Source: Catajapyx aquilonaris | Lineage: Eukaryota | Length of the DNA stretch: 64,000 nucleotides | NCBI GenBank assembly: GCA_000934665.2 | Contig: KZ537977.1 | Location: 1 to 64,000 of the forward strand | Reading direction: 5' to 3' | Shown: one piece after another, positions 13,301-22,473 of the stretch | Numbering within the stretch: position 1 is the stretch's first letter | Layout: each line of letters starts with the position of its first letter | The notes under the pieces: generated by a model | Databases searched by the model: none | Told to the model about the DNA's origin: nothing | Seen by the model: the letters and a program-made list of their open reading frames with translations, nothing else | Program-made: the position numbers and the translations under genes

Positions 13301-16300
13301 GCTGGATTTGGGCAGGGAGCAACTGAAGAGGAGCCAGGACCATGTAGCTGATCTGGAAAAGGCAAGGGATGCCTTGCACAATCTGCTTGAGGAGAGCCAG
13401 GGCAGGGAGAGTGCTCTGATCCAATCATGCGTGATCCTAAAGTGCAAACTGGAAGACAGGACAGCTGATTTGGAAGCAGTTATGGCAGAGATGGCAGCCT
13501 GGAAAGATGACCGAGGAGCAGCCAGGCTTAAAGAGAGGGCAGTCCAAAATGTCAAGACACTTGAAAAAAGTGTGCAGGCTGCTGAGCATCCGAAGCAGCT
13601 GAGCATCCGAGAAGAATATCAAACCACAGTAGCCTTGCACTGTCAGGTGATGGAGGAACGTTCTTGTATCCAGGACCAATTGCAAGAGAGCAAGGCTGAG
13701 CTAGATTCAGTTCGACTCGAGCATGACAACCTCCAACATGAAGTGGACATACTGGAGTGTTTGCAGGATAAGTACAACAGCCTGTATAACACTAATGCAC
13801 AAGTAGAGCAAGCACGACAGGTCCTCCAAAAAGCTCTGGAAGGCAAAAGTGCTGAACTGGAAGTGGCTCAACTTGATCGCGAGAGGCTCCAGAGGAAAGT
13901 GGAGGGATTGGAAGGCACGGTTCAATCAGCCTGCCATTCTGCGGAGGAGATGGAGAATCTCAAGAATGCCCTTGAGAACCTCCAGGAGGACTGCAACTCC
14001 TTGGTCGATGCCCGTAATTACTTGCAGCAGGAGCGCTGCCTTCTCCTGTGTGACCTGGAGGGCAGAAAAGCCGAACTGGAGGTGACTCAAGCCAAGCATG
14101 CAAATCTGCAAGGAAAAGTGGAGGTGCTGGAGTGCAGAGTGAAGGAGCTGCAGACCAGCCAGCTTGCAGCTGAAGAGCATATTCAGCGCATGCAGGATGC
14201 ACAGAGCCAGATGACTTGTCTCCAAGAGAAGTATGACTCCTTGTATGGCATGAATGTTCAACTGGGGTCACAGCTGAAGGCTGCTGAAACGACGTGTGAG
14301 AATCTCCAGAAGGAGAAAGAGAGCCTAATACAATCCCTGGATGATTTGCAACTCAGGAACCACTCAACTGAGGAGCTTGAAAATGCCAAGAATTTGCTTG
14401 GAAGTCTGCAGGCAAAGTATGACTCACTGTATGAATTGCACACTCAACTGGAACAAGATATGCGTGAACTCCAGCAGCTTCAGGGTGAAGGTGACATGGA
14501 CCGTTCGCAGCTGAGGTCTTGTGTCAAAAATGACATAGAGAGCATCCAGCAGCAGTGTGACGCCTTGCTTGAGGCACGTAATCATCGGGAGCAGGAGCGC
14601 TGCCTTCTCCTGTGTGAACTGGAAGGCCTGAAGATTGACCTGGAGGCTGCTCAAGCTGAGCGTGGCAGTCTGAAAGAAAGAGTGGAAGTGCTTGAATGCA
14701 AAGTGAAGGAGCTACAGTCTGGCCAGCATTCAGCAGAAGAGTATCATCACATGCAGGATGCGCAGAGCCAGCTGACATGCCTCCAGGAGAAGTATGACCA
14801 GCTGACGTGCATCCAGGAGAAGTATGACTATTTGTATGAGGCACATGTTCAACTGAGGTCCCAGCTGGAAGCAGCTGAATGTAAACGCGAGAACCTCCAG
14901 ACAGAAAAAGACATTCTATCACAAACTCTGGAGAAGTTGCAGTCTAGCCAGCATGCAACAGAAGAGCCTCGTCAGCATATGCAGGATGCACAAAACCTGC
15001 TAAATTGCATCCAGGAGAAGTATGACTCCTTGTATGACGCACACGTTCAACTGAGGTCCCAGCTGGAAGCAGCTGAATGTAAATGTGAGAACCTCCATAC
15101 AGAAAAGGATATTCTAGCACACACTCTGGAGGATTTGCAGTCCAGCCAGCATGCAGCAGAAGAGCATCTTCAGAACATGCAAGAAGCACAGAGCCTGCTA
15201 ACACTTATCCAGGAGAAGTATGACTCCTTAAACGATTTGCATTCTCAGCTGGAGTCCCAGCTGCAAACAGCCGAATGCAAATGTGAGAACCTTCAGAAGG
15301 AAAATGAGAGTCTAGCACAAACTCTGCAGGAGTTGCAGTCCAGCCAGCATTCAGCAGAAGGGCCTCTTCAGCATGTGCAGAATGTGCAAAGCCAACTGAC
15401 ACTTATCCAGGAGAAGTATGACTCCTTGTACAATGCACACGTTCAACTGGGGTCCCAGCTGGAAGAAGCCAAATGCAAATGTGAGAACCTCCAGAAGGAA
15501 AACGAGATTTTAACACAAACTTCGGAGGTGTCCAGGAAGCAATCAGCAGAAGAGATTGAAAATGTCCAGAGCTTGCTAGGGAGCCTGCAGGCAAAGTATG
15601 ACTCCATGCAAGACATGCGCACTCAAATGGAACAGGATGTGCGTGACCTCCAGCACCGTAAAGGTGAAAGTGACATTGAGCGTTCCCAGCTGAGGTCCCG
15701 TGTGGTGGAGCTGGAGAAGGAGCTGGGCCAAATGGAACAGGATATGCGTGATCTCCAGCACCGTAAAGGTGAAAGTGACTTTGAGCGTTCCCAGCTGAGG
15801 TCCCGTGTCGTGGAGCTGGAGAAGGAGCTGGGCCAATCTCTTCAGCAGTGCAAGGAGATAGGGACAGTGGCAGAGAAGTTGGGGACCAAGATGGTGCAAG
15901 AGGCTGATCTTCAGGAGAAGTTTAGAAGCATGGAGGCAGAGATGGTGCAGCTGAAGCAGAGGCATGACCAACTGATGGAAATCGATGAGGAGAGGACCAG
16001 GGATGCTTCCAGGATCAAGGTGCAACTGCAGGAGACTCAAGTCAATCTGGAGGAGATGACTGAACAGTACACCCAGGTTGTGTCCAGGTATGAAGTTTAT
16101 TTTTATTAAATGACTACTTTCGAGCCTTCCAGGAAACATTAAATTCATTGCAAATTTCGAGAATGGCTGCAGTCATTTCTGTAGCGTTATGATGTGATGT
16201 TCACCTGTTCATGCTACAACTGTCATTCTTACATAAATATCAATGCACCTTATCTAGCAGTTTGAACAGTAATTTTGTGCAAGAAACATTTGCCAAAAAA

Positions 16301-19300
16301 GTGGGCTACTCAAATTATAATGATAGTGATAGTATTTTGCACTGCCTGATGCAAGATGTAATGATAGGGATTCTCTTTGTAGGTATATGGCACTGGAGAA
16401 AGAGAGCAAAGAAGAGGTAGCCAAGCATGAGCAAGCTGCAGTTCATGCTGCAGAGAGTGCCAGGAAAGCTGAGGAACAGACGGGCTACCTGCAGAAGCAA
16501 GTCCAGGATTTGGAATCGCAGTTGCAGGAGCTGGAGAATGACATAGAAGGCATGGGGGAGAAGATCCAGGATGCAGACGCTAACCAAAAATCCCTGGAGG
16601 CAGGGAAAGTGCGGCTGGAGAATGAGCTCTCTGAAGCACAGGCCAGGATTGCAGCACTTGAGAGTGACATGGAAGTTCGGAGCGAGTCGGATTCCAAGGT
16701 TCTGGAGCTGAGAGCTGAGCTGGCACGCATGGGCTCACATACGCAGAAGCTAAAAGATCAAGCCAGGGTAGCTAATGAAGAGAACGACATGCATCAAGCA
16801 GAGGAGAACCGCTGGAGAAATACGGCATCTGAACTTCAAGCAAAGCTAGCCAAGGCAGAGGACGAATCTGGAGACATATTTTTAGAACTAGAGAAATTAA
16901 CTCAAGAGCACGAGGCAGCACAGATGCAGTCTGAGGCCATTGCAAATGAACTGGAAATAAGCCAGGCAGCACTGGAGAGGGTGAAGATGGAACTAAGTGC
17001 TATGACAGCTACTGCTAGTGATCTCCAGGTAGAGTCGGAGCGGAAAGGAACTAAGGTGAAGCAGGTTCAAGAAGCGCTGGAAAAGGCCAATGAGGAACTA
17101 CAGACAAGACTAACCTTAAGTGAGACGCACATGTACAATGTAGAGAAAAGCAAGGCAGCAATTTCAGTTCTTGAGGCACAGTTGGTGGACAGTAAGGCGG
17201 CTGCTGCTGACCTACAAACTCGATTTGACAGCTTGCAGCTACAGGTGGACCTAAAAGCGGCTGACATTGTGGAGCTGCATGGCAAATGTAGTAAGCTGGA
17301 GGAGCAGATTGAAGGGGGGAACGATCTGCAGGAGATGCTGCATCAGAAGAACCTGGAACTTGACAGATCTAAGGATACCGTGAAGTTCCTGGAATCTCAG
17401 TGCACTACCCTAGAGAAAGTTCTTGAGCAGAGAGAGGCTGAGCTTCGTGAACTGCGTAACAGTTCCACACAGTTGAAGGAACAGCTACAAGAGACACTGC
17501 ACAGTAAATGTCAGGAGGTGAAGGAAATTCAGGCTGCCCTGGATGCTGAAATGTCTCGGGCTGGCAACTTCGAGACAGAACTGGAGCAGAAGATGGTGTC
17601 TCTCTTGGAAATGCAGAGCAGGTGCAATGAACTGGAGATGCTTCCTGGAACTGTTGAGGAACTTCAGGGTGTACTGAACCAGAAGAATTTGGAGCTGAAG
17701 GACTCCAAGACTGACAGAGATGATCTGTACATGAAATATAAAGACCTGCAGATTGATCTAGAGCAGAAGGAGATTGCCCTCATGGACATGAGCACACAGT
17801 ACAGTCAAGTGGTAGAACAGCTGGAAGCTGCAAAGTGTCTTCAGGTTGAGCTGGAGGACAGGAAAGGCACCCTGGAGGAACAGTGCAGTTTTCTACAGTT
17901 GGAGCTGGAGAGGACTCAAACTGCACTGGAGGGTTTGGCGTGCGTGGAGAAGGATCTGAAGGCAAAGGAAGAGACTGTATATGGCCTGAAGGAGCAGCTT
18001 ACGTCAGTGGTGAGCCTTAAGGAAAGCATGAAGCAGGAGATGAATGATTTGAGTATGGAGCTTGAGAGCAGCAAGTCTTTGTTGTTGACTCAGCAGGAGC
18101 TGTGTGCCACTCTTGAGGGCAGACTGAAGGCTAAGGAGGATGAGTGGAAATGCCTTTCAAGCAAATTGGAATCCAGCAATCTGGAAAATACCAAGAGTCG
18201 CTTGGAGATGGAACAATCGCTGCATGCTGTGAAACAGGACATGGAGGAAAAGGACAGGCTAGTTTCTGAGATGAAAGCACAGGTTGAAGCTGCTGCAAGC
18301 TTGCAGGCAAGTCTAGAATCTACTAAACGTGATCTGGAGTTGGCCAACAAGAAGGTGAATGACCAAGAGACAGAATTATTGCTCTACAAAGGTAGGCTGA
18401 CTAAGACCAGTGCAAACATGCGGAAGCTGGAAGAAATGATGGCCAAGGCCAAGAAAACAAACCTGGACTCAAGCAGTAACCTGGAGGAGGAAGTGCGCGC
18501 AGCCCGAGAGGAAGCACGCGTAACCCGAGAGGAAGCTGACTCACTAAAGAAACAGGTAGAGTCTCTCGAGAGAGTGAGCAGTCCACGGCCATGGGAGGAT
18601 GAAGACTTCAAAGGTTTAAGCAAAATGGAATGCCACCGCATCTTGGAAAATGATCTCAGCTTGCGTGAGAAGTATGAGCTGGTTTTGGAAGGAGCAAGGG
18701 AGAACAAGGAAGACTTCTGGAAGGAGAATGGAAAGTTGGCAAAAGCATTGGATAAGTGCGAGAGCCTGCAGATGGAGATGGATGTCCTGGAGAGTGCCAA
18801 TCGTAAGCTGCGAAAGGAGCTGGACCAGGTGAAGCAAAAGGGTCAAGCAGGCAACTCAGCCAATGAGAAACCGGTGATGCCACCTCCACTACCTGCACCA
18901 ACAACGAGGCGTACCAGGTCCAGAGCTCTGGCTAATCCAGATGGAAGGATACCAAGGAGCAGGTCGGCATCTATACTCACTAGTCTGGAAGCAGCCAAAG
19001 CCAGCATGGCAGGGTCTGGGGATGCAGGTAAATTACTTATTTTTTTATACTTATTATGAAAACTTAGATGAAATTTGTTGTGGAGCATGTAGGAGGTAGT
19101 TGCTGAGAATATTTGGACAAGAGTTACAGTCTCAACCATGATGTTTCAGTTCCATTTGCATTGCACATAAGTTTTGTGATTGGATGATTTCACTTGCATA
19201 AATTTTGTAGACTCAGGGATTAATAACAATGAAAAACTCGATCTGATCCCAAAAGGTTTGTCCTGTGCTAATGTCCCCACTTTAACTGTGCGTACAAGTT

Positions 19301-19780
19301 GGTGTAAGAGTTCAACACTGCCTTTCAGGTCAGCGGCCTCACAGTGCAAGGAGTTCCACTTCTGAAGGCGAGGCCGGTCAGAAGAGGAGCTCAGCAGATG
19401 TCCAGGAAGAGGTATCCACCAAGCGGGTCTGCTCAAAACCAACTCCAGAAAAAAGCAAGAAGGCAGATGAAAACGTGTCGGTAACACCCTCAGAGAGCAA
19501 GACGTTTCCAGCTTCACTTGCATCACCAACCCTGAGTGGCAAGAGGGCGAAAACTTACCTCGAGCTTGGTCGAGCCAGGGTGACTCTTGGCCATCTCACC
19601 AACAGCCCAAAGAAGGAGCCCACATCCAAGTCCAAAGTGTCTCTCCAATCCGCCTCAAACAATTCTTCCACCTCCTCGTCAGATGCGTCGTTAAACTCTG
19701 CCAGTGGAAGGCAGAGGATTCTCACCAGGCAGGCGCACAAGGCAAATAATCCCGATCCAAACAGCTGCAAGACGCAGTGA
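1225..19780 (+). CDS. CENPF: Centromere protein F-like (CENP-F/mitosin), 13 coding exons, about 3188 aa
   Basis: Exon join 1225-1386, 1965-2105, 5337-5543, 5610-5670, 6098-6282, 6344-6506, 6561-6669, 7027-9013, 12202-12573, 13050-16087, 16383-19027, 19211-19255, 19329-19780. All introns are GT-AG with compatible phases; total 9567 nt. N-terminus MSWVASEWRQGLSPQAQQKVNEMEKQLERLQKE resembles the CENP-F N-terminal domain (human MSWALEEWKEGLP..ALQKIQELEGQLDKLKKE). The body is coiled coil and the protein ends in a CaaX box, CKTQ*. Confidence 0.9.
1965..2105 (+). CDS. CENPF: CENP-F-like exon 2
   Basis: ctgcag| GEEEKQEQIALKREVQSLTEACDELERKRQKLNQEVNVKDNQISCLQ |gtaatg; continues the similarity to the CENP-F N-terminal domain (LKRENQ.L.E.C..LEK..QK). 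Confidence 0.9.
2334..2634 (+). mobile_element. tRNA-derived SINE with 15-bp TSD
   Basis: Exact direct repeat ATTATAGTACCCAGC at 2319-2333 and 2635-2649. tRNA-like head with A-box-like TGACGCTGCGG and B box GGTTCAATCC; short ATT tail. Confidence 0.85.
2954..3314. mobile_element. Possible hAT-like MITE
   Basis: Left end CAGTGCTGTCGCGG, right end CCGCGACAGCAGTG (13/14 inverted match); GTATAC subterminal motifs; the 8-bp flanks match only 5/8. Confidence 0.5.
3461..5018 (+). mobile_element. 5'-truncated non-LTR retrotransposon (RT C-terminal part, RTE-X/L2-like; clade not determined), dead copy
   Basis: RT motif AYADD, YLG, PVLL/YACPIWG, LETG, and C-terminal CxxC..H..C. In-frame stop at 3761-3763. 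3' hairpin CGAGCCAAAGGCTCG and A-rich (TAAA) tail. Exact 15-bp TSD CCCTGATTTTTATCT at 3446-3460 and 5019-5033. Confidence 0.92.
3845..4123 (-). mobile_element. About 280-bp insertion in the LINE ORF, probably the 3' end of a second LINE in antisense
   Basis: Interrupts PVLL^YACPIWG. On the - strand it ends in a GGGCTG...CAGCCC hairpin and a CTATCTAT tail, preceded by a short ORF end (..LFCLEADKVLSELNNF*). Confidence 0.55.
5337..6669 (+). CDS. CENPF: CENP-F-like exons 3-7 (5337-5543, 5610-5670, 6098-6282, 6344-6506, 6561-6669)
   Basis: Five short exons with canonical splice sites and consistent phases (0,1,0,1,2). Exon 3 starts GQLETLK, matching the CENP-F GQL motif; content is coiled coil. 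Confidence 0.8.
7027..9013 (+). CDS. CENPF: CENP-F-like exon 8 (coiled coil)
   Basis: Lies in the 669-aa ORF; acceptor ttgcag|, donor CAG|gtatag. Confidence 0.9.
7970..8365 (+). repeat. Coding tandem repeat, 135-nt (45-aa) unit x3
   Basis: Units start at 7970, 8105 and 8240 (KKGLEAKVARLEECMECHKNLLDEKEAELTGLNARIEHMDHLQET); the third copy lacks 3 codons. Confidence 0.95.
9445..9650 (+). mobile_element. Degenerate tRNA-SINE-like remnant
   Basis: B-box-like GTTCGACCC after GCCTTCCACCATTGAGG, central GGGTTTTCT..GG.TTCTCC motif, CTA/CTG-rich tail; no TSD found. Confidence 0.4.
9691..10410. mobile_element. Tc1/mariner-family fold-back element built from two transposon 3' ends
   Basis: TA|CAGGGTGGGGCAAAAGTCATGGG ... 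CCCATGACTTTTGCCCCACCCTG|TA. Arms 9691-9993 and 10108-10410 (about 303 bp). The - strand reads WPPQ*LDLTTSDFLWGYLNSLVF...RRLEECVACKGGHL, a transposase C-terminus of the WPPRSPDL..DFFLWGYLK type. Confidence 0.92.
10568..11338. mobile_element. mariner fold-back element built from two transposon 5' ends
   Basis: TA|TTAGGTATAGTCAATAAGTTC ... GAACTTATTGACTATACTAA|TA. Arms 10568-10910 and 10994-11338. The right arm (- strand) encodes the mariner HTH N-terminus MSFTISGASKADERAVIQFLCAEG...EI..RM.AVYGD...YSTVKDWVRHF.SG; the left-arm copy has a premature stop. Confidence 0.92.
12202..12573 (+). CDS. CENPF: CENP-F-like exon 9 (low-complexity linker)
   Basis: ttgcag|GAGGAG...ATCCAG|gttagt, 372 nt, phase 0/0, open frame. 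Confidence 0.8.
12740..12898. mobile_element. PIF/Harbinger-type palindromic MITE
   Basis: TTA|GGCCGGGCTGCA...TGCAACCGGGCC|TTA; about 70-bp imperfect inverted arms; 3-bp TTA TSD. Confidence 0.85.
13050..16087 (+). CDS. CENPF: CENP-F-like exon 10 (coiled coil with tandem repeats)
   Basis: Lies in the 1038-aa ORF; acceptor ccacag|, donor AG|gtatga (phase 2). Confidence 0.9.
14720..15520 (+). repeat. Coding tandem repeat, 198-nt (66-aa) unit about x4
   Basis: CAGGAGAAGTATGAC anchors at 14814, 15012, 15210 and 15408; an extra 30-nt duplication lies near 14768-14827. Confidence 0.92.
15624..15833 (+). repeat. Coding tandem duplication, 105 nt (35 aa) x2
   Basis: QMEQD(V/M)RDLQHRKGESD(I/F)ERSQLRSRVVELEKELG repeated; copies start at 15624 and 15729. 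Confidence 0.95.
16383..19027 (+). CDS. CENPF: CENP-F-like exon 11 (coiled coil)
   Basis: Overlaps the 890-aa ORF in frame; acceptor ttgtag|G completes the Arg codon; donor G|gtaaat. Confidence 0.9.
19211..19780 (+). CDS. CENPF: CENP-F-like exons 12-13 (19211-19255, 19329-19780), basic tail ending in CaaX
   Basis: Phase-1 splice sites; the terminal exon is open through ...RVTLGHLTNSPKK...NPDPNSCKTQ*. Confidence 0.85.
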
Positions 19781-20199
19781 GGTCCCGATCTGTATATAAT
19801 GTGGATCTATTTCTTCACTGAGTATTATTATACTTTTAATTATTTTATTGTATATCAGGTTTTTGCATACCCAAGAGGGAGTAAAAGCAGTGGATGTCTT
19901 ATGTGATGTGTTTGTGTCGCTAAGCATGTGAGCATGGCCCATGGTGAATGGACCGGGAAGCTGTAATTATTTCTTTGCAGCTTTCTACTTTAAGGATGAA
20001 GATTGATTAAGGCAGGCATTGAATTTTTAGCATGAAAATTTAATGCGCTGCATTTTTTTGACCTGAAGATTTTATATGATATAAATTCACATAGTTTTCT
20101 AAGGTTTAGTTGTGATTAACTTGTTTGTGCATTTGCTCATCATGATTGAAAAGTTATAATTTCACATTTTAAAACTTCATTTGTCGTGTTTTATGTAGA

Positions 20200-20205
20200 A
20201 ATAAA
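20200..20205 (+). terminator. Putative poly(A) signal of the CENP-F-like gene
   Basis: First AATAAA I found after the stop at 19780. Confidence 0.5.
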
Positions 20206-20235
20206 TGCACACATGTTTGGTAAAAAAAAAATAAG

Positions 20236-22389
20236 CTACTGGAAATAATATGTCAGATCCTCCTCCTCTTCCTCAATGTTCTCCAACTTCTGCATACGGA
20301 GCTTTGGACGTGGCGGTTCAGAACGAAACACGAGGTGACGGCCATTCTGGAATTCCACAAATTTGAGTGTTACCATTGCGCAAACGAAACAAAATGCATT
20401 TCTAAAAAGTTTTAATATGCAGCTCAAAAAGTAACATGCTGCTTCATTAAAATTAATAGAGCTTCAAAGTAGGTTCAGTCTTTACTCAGAAAATATGCAT
20501 AGGCTTCTCTAGGACTAATCTTTTTTAAAATATTTGACTGATTATTAAGTGTTAATGAAATGCTTTGCCATCTTTTACTAGGGACTCTGAATTACTAGAA
20601 CCATGCTTGTACTTGCCTTCTTTTTGACAGGCCCGTGCGACCTGAGGAAAGCCTTGGCCAACTTCTCCTCTTGCTCAGCTTTCTGCTGCTTGATCTTCTC
20701 CTCCCTCTGCTTTTGCCTTCTCTCCTTCTCGTGAGCCTTCTCCACTGCTGCCACTGCCTCAGGAGGCTGCATTTCCAGCTCTCCAACCATCTCCTCGAAC
20801 CTACTCTCGATACAGGTGAGCATCTGCAGGGTGGAGATGTTGGCCTCGTTCTCCCCAATGCACGACTTATACAGGCCACCCACCAAGTTCTGCAGGTTCA
20901 GCAGCATCTCATCCTGGTCTTCCGCACGGGAGTCGCCAAAGTTGAACATCTTGACCACTAGATCCAGCTCCTCGGTTTTCTTCTGTTCAGCCTCAATGGT
21001 CAGCTGGACAGTATACGGTCAGTCAGATAGGACATTCTCACAGAATTACAAGTGACTTGCCCGACACAGACATGCATATTGTTGATTTCCTCCTGCAGCA
21101 TTTCAGCCTCCTGGGCCATCCTGTTTTTGGCAATCTCCACCTGCCGCTTGATATCATCCAGCGCCTCTTCCGTTTCCTGGGAGTGCTGGATCAGAGACAG
21201 GTTCTGCTCCTCCAGTTCGCTGTAGATGTTCAGGAGCTCCATTGCGGACTGGAAAGGCACTGGAGGGTCTGCTTCAGCAGCAATCAACTGATTCAGAGGG
21301 GTTGCCACGTAGAAAGTTGGAGCTTGAGGACCCTGTTGAAGGAAAATATTATCATTTACTTGCCATTTTATGTATATGTGGTAATAGCCTCACCTTGTTG
21401 AACCCTCCAGACTTTGGCCTGGCGCTCCTCCTCTTCACAGCCTTTGTCGCCTCCTGGTTCTCAGCATCTCCAGGCCTCTCCTTCTTCCATCCCTGGTAGG
21501 CCACCTCCTCCAGGAAAGTGCGGTACATCCTGTACTCCCGCAGCGTGTCCTCGTGCTTGGTCACATCCACCTTGAGCTGCGTGATCATTGCGCTCAGCCT
21601 CTTGATCTCAATCACCTTGTCCAGCCGCATCTTGGCCTCATTCTCTGCGCTCTTGATGGCATTCATGGCCCCGCTGTCATTCTCCTTCAGGAACTCATCG
21701 AACCCAATGGCATCCCTCTCCAGTGCCATCTCGGCCAATATCAACCGACGCTCCTCATCCTCCAGGAGTGCCTGGAGTCGACGGATCTCATCCTGCTGCA
21801 CTCCCATGTTGTACTCCAGCAGGAAGATGTTCTTCTTGCGGTCAATGTACTGGGCCAGTGTCTCCCGCTCTATGCACTTGTCCCATGTTACGGCTACTGC
21901 AAAGTCTGGGTCTCGCTCCAGGCGGATATCTTCCAGTATAGTCGCATCCACAGGGTTGTCATCTAGGAGATGCGACCTGAACCGGGAGGCTAGGCGACTA
22001 CGGAGGTCTGTCAGATACGTTGTCTTCATGTGAGCTGGAAGTTTTCGTGTCTCCCTCCGTATCTATAAATTCAAAGACGTACTTTACATGCGACTATAGT
22101 TGGCACCAACTTCACATTTTTTACCCTTTGTTCCGTGATCCTCTGCTCTTCGCGGATAACGAATATATCCTTATCCTTCGGGACAGAGAATGGATTGACG
22201 GAAATGATATCATCCTCCTTCTCGAACTCATCCTCCTTCGTCTTGATCCTAACTTTCTTCGCATTCTTACGAGCCTTTCCGGAGCTAACATCAAAATATT
22301 TGGTCACAACATTGCCTATAACTATAGACTATTGAAACAAACCTGGGATTGTCTTTCCCCGGCTCAAACTGGACCTTTGGGGCCGCCAT
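20236..22389 (-). CDS. CFAP100: Cilia- and flagella-associated protein 100 (CCDC37/CCDC38 family, DUF4200), 6 exons, about 544 aa
   Basis: Exons (-) 22389-22343, 22284-22125, 22062-21394, 21332-21072, 21003-20617, 20346-20236; total 1635 nt. Motifs NPFSVP.D.DIF, KTTY, E.L..YI..K..IFLLEY, LE.DA..FDEFLKEND, ELEEQNLSLIQ.SQETEE.L, LQML..IE, GR.L.FRSEPP, EEE..YYF. Confidence 0.9.
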
Positions 22390-22459
22390 GCTTATAGGAA
22401 GAAGCTGAACTATATAGTCGATGACCTTCCGCGCAGGTGTCAACAAAGCTACAAAGGTC

Positions 22460-22473
22460 TTTACTATGGAAAC
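22460..22473 (-). promoter_or_regulatory. RFX X-box upstream of CFAP100
   Basis: GTTTCCATAGTAAA on - (13/14 to GTTNCYATRGNAAC), about 70 nt upstream of the ATG; extra GGCAAC half-site near 22527-22532. Confidence 0.6.

Noticed and set aside
7970..15833. Regular repeats as a CRISPR-like array
   Set aside because: They are in-frame coding tandem repeats without unique spacers, in a spliced eukaryotic gene.
7094..19139. Many minus-strand ORFs (e.g. 7919..8617, 15576..16148) opposite CENP-F exons
   Set aside because: Antisense shadows of the E/Q/L/K-rich coiled-coil codons; no independent motifs.
19769..19780. CKTQ terminus suggesting CENP-E
   Set aside because: No kinesin motor domain anywhere in the model; the N-terminus is CENP-F type.
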